Positions 61,735 through 64,000 of a stretch of 64,000 bases of DNA are shown piece by piece. This DNA comes from Macrostomum hystrix (lineage: Eukaryota > Animalia > Platyhelminthes), in the NCBI GenBank assembly GCA_950097015.1, contig CATNEN010000039.1, forward strand, positions 10,974,001 to 11,038,000. The letters run 5' to 3'. A program made the position numbers and the translations under genes. Under the pieces are notes generated by a model. The model had not been told where the DNA came from. It did not search any database and saw only the letters and a list, made by a program, of their open reading frames with translations. Positions within the stretch are counted from its first letter, which is position 1. The number at the start of each line of letters is the position of its first letter.

Positions 61735-64000
61735 TATCGCAGCAAGATCCATATCTAGAATCGCAGCAAGATGCATATCTAGAATCGCAGCAAAATCCAT
61801 ATCTAGAATCGCAGCAAAATCCATATCTAGAATCGCAGCAAGATACATAGTTAGAATCGCAGCAAGATACATATCTAGAATCGCAGCAAGATCCATATGT
61901 ATAATCGCAGCAAGATCTATATCTAGAATCAGAGCAAGATCTATATCTAGAAACGCAGCAAGATCTATATCTAGAATCGCAGCAAGATCCATATCTAGAA
62001 TCGCAGCAAGATCCATATCTAGAATCGCAGCAAGATCCATATCTAGAATCGCAGCAAGATCCATATCTAGAATCGCAGCAAGATCCATATCTAGAATCGC
62101 AGCAAGATCCATATCTAGAATCGCAGCAAGATCCATATCTAGAATCGCAGCAAGATCCATATCTAGAATCGCAGCAAGATCCATATCTAGAATCGCAGCA
62201 AGATCCATATCTAGAATCGCAGCAAGATCCATATCTAGAATCGCAGCAAGATCTATATCTAGAATCGCAGCAAGATCTATATCTAGAATCGCAGCAAGAT
62301 CCATATCTAGAATCGCAGCAAGATCCATATCTAGAATCGCAGCAAGATCTATATCTAGAATCGCAGCAAGATCCATATCTAGAATCGCAGCAAGATATAT
62401 ATCTAGAATCGCAGCAAGATCTATATCTAGAAACGCAGCAAGATCTATATCTAGAATCGCAGCAAGATCCATATCTAGAATCGCAGCAAGATCCATATCT
62501 AGAATCGCAGCAAGATCCATATCTAGAATCGCAGCAAGATCCATATCTAGAATCGCAGCAAGATCCATATCTAGAATCGCAGCAAGATCCATATCTAGAA
62601 TCGCAGCAAGATCCATATCTAGAATCGCAGCAAGATCCATATCTAGAATCGCAGCAAGATCTATATCTAGAATCGCAGCAAGATCCATATCTAGAATCGC
62701 AGCAAGATCCATATCTAGAATCGCAGCAAGATCCATATCTAGAATCGCAGCAAGATCCATATCTAGAATCGCAGCAAGATCCATATCTAGAATCGCAGCA
62801 AGATCCATATCTAGAATCGCAGCAAGATCCATATCTAGAATCGCAGCAAGATCCATATCTAGAATCGCAGCAAGATCTATATCTAGAATCGCAGCAAGAT
62901 CTATATCTAGAATCGCAGCAAGATCCATATCTAGAATCGCAGCAAGATCCATATCTAGAATCGCAGCAAGATCTATATCTAGAATCGCAGCAAGATCCAT
63001 ATCTAGAATCGCAGCAAGATATATATCTAGAATCGCAGCAAGATCTATATCTAGAAACGCAGCAAGATCTATATCTAGAATCGCAGCAAGATCCATATCT
63101 AGAATCGCAGCAAGATCCATATCTAGAATCGCAGCAAGATCCATATCTAGAATCGCAGCAAGATCCATATCTAGAATCGCAGCAAGATCCATATCTAGAA
63201 TCGCAGCAAGATCCATATCTAGAATCGCAGCAAGATCCATATCTAGAATCGCAGCAAGATCCATATCTAGAATCGCAGCAAGATCCATATCTAGAATCGC
63301 AGCATGATTCATATCTAGAATCGCAGCAAGATCCATATCTAGAATCGCAGCAAGATCCATATCTAGAATCGCAGCAAGATCCATATCTAGAATCGCAGCA
63401 AGATCTATATCTAGAATCGCAGCAAGATCCATATCTAGAATCGCAGCAAGATCTATATCTAGAATCGCAGCAAGATCTATATCTAGAATCGCAGCAAGAT
63501 CTATATCTAGAAACGCAGCAAGATCTATATCTAGAATCGCAGCAAGATCCATATCTAGAATCGCAGCAAGATCCATATCTAGAATCGCAGCAAGATCCAT
63601 ATCTAGATTCGCAGCAAGATCCATATCTAGAATCGCAGCAAGATCCATATCTAGAATTGCAGCAAGATCCATATCTAGAATCGCAGCATGATTCATATCT
63701 AGAATCGCAGCAAGATCCATATCTAGAATCGCAGCAAGATCCATATCTAGAATCGCAGCAAGATCCATATCTAGAATCGCAGCAAGATCTATATCTAGAA
63801 TCGCAGCAAGATCCATATCTAGAATCGCAGCAAGATCTATATCTAGAATCGCAGCAAGATCTATATCTAGAAACGCAGCAAGATCTATATCTAGAATCGC
63901 AGCAAGATCCATATCTAGAATCGCAGCAAGATCCATATCTAGAATCGCAGCAAGATCCATATCTAGATTCGCAGCAAGATCCATATCTAGAATCGCAGCA
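61735..64000. repeat. 24-bp satellite (gcagcaagatccatatctagaatc), >90 copies, runs off the window end
   Basis: Direct tandem repeat; it is the source of the IAARSISR and DLAAILDM pseudo-ORFs. Confidence 0.98.

Noticed and set aside
61640-63984. 555-aa and 764-aa ORFs
   Set aside because: They are translations of the 24-bp satellite on both strands.

Overview
This is eukaryotic (metazoan) DNA with GT-AG introns, LINE/SINE/LTR elements and dense minisatellites. The style suggests a flatworm such as Macrostomum, but that is inference only. Because of splicing, most ORF-track entries are exon fragments or repeat artefacts; I rebuilt the gene models by hand from splice sites and reading phase. 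In order: (1) 1-19.1 kb holds a head-to-tail array of four paralogous 4-exon genes, the first truncated by the window. They encode ~1,080-1,135 aa helical/TPR-like proteins I cannot assign to a family, with an internal duplication and a conserved C-terminal His/Cys domain. (2) An apparently intact, very young Ty3/Gypsy element of 412/mdg1 type (22046-28882, minus) has apparently identical 315-bp LTRs, a 4-bp TSD, a tRNA-Arg-like PBS and a -1 frameshift signal. (3) A gene hidden from the ORF track (~30.9-35.9 kb) encodes B-box + coiled coil + extended Tudor + Q/E/H repeat + CCHC knuckle + G/R/K tail, resembling piRNA/germ-granule factors. (4) An intronless orphan rhodopsin-like GPCR. (5) An intronless PKA type II regulatory subunit whose autophosphorylation Ser is replaced by Ala. 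(6) An 8-exon secreted 2x discoidin + F-type-lectin-like gene (minus), with a GC-AG intron and a solo LTR in its last intron. (7) A ~13-kb field of minisatellites.
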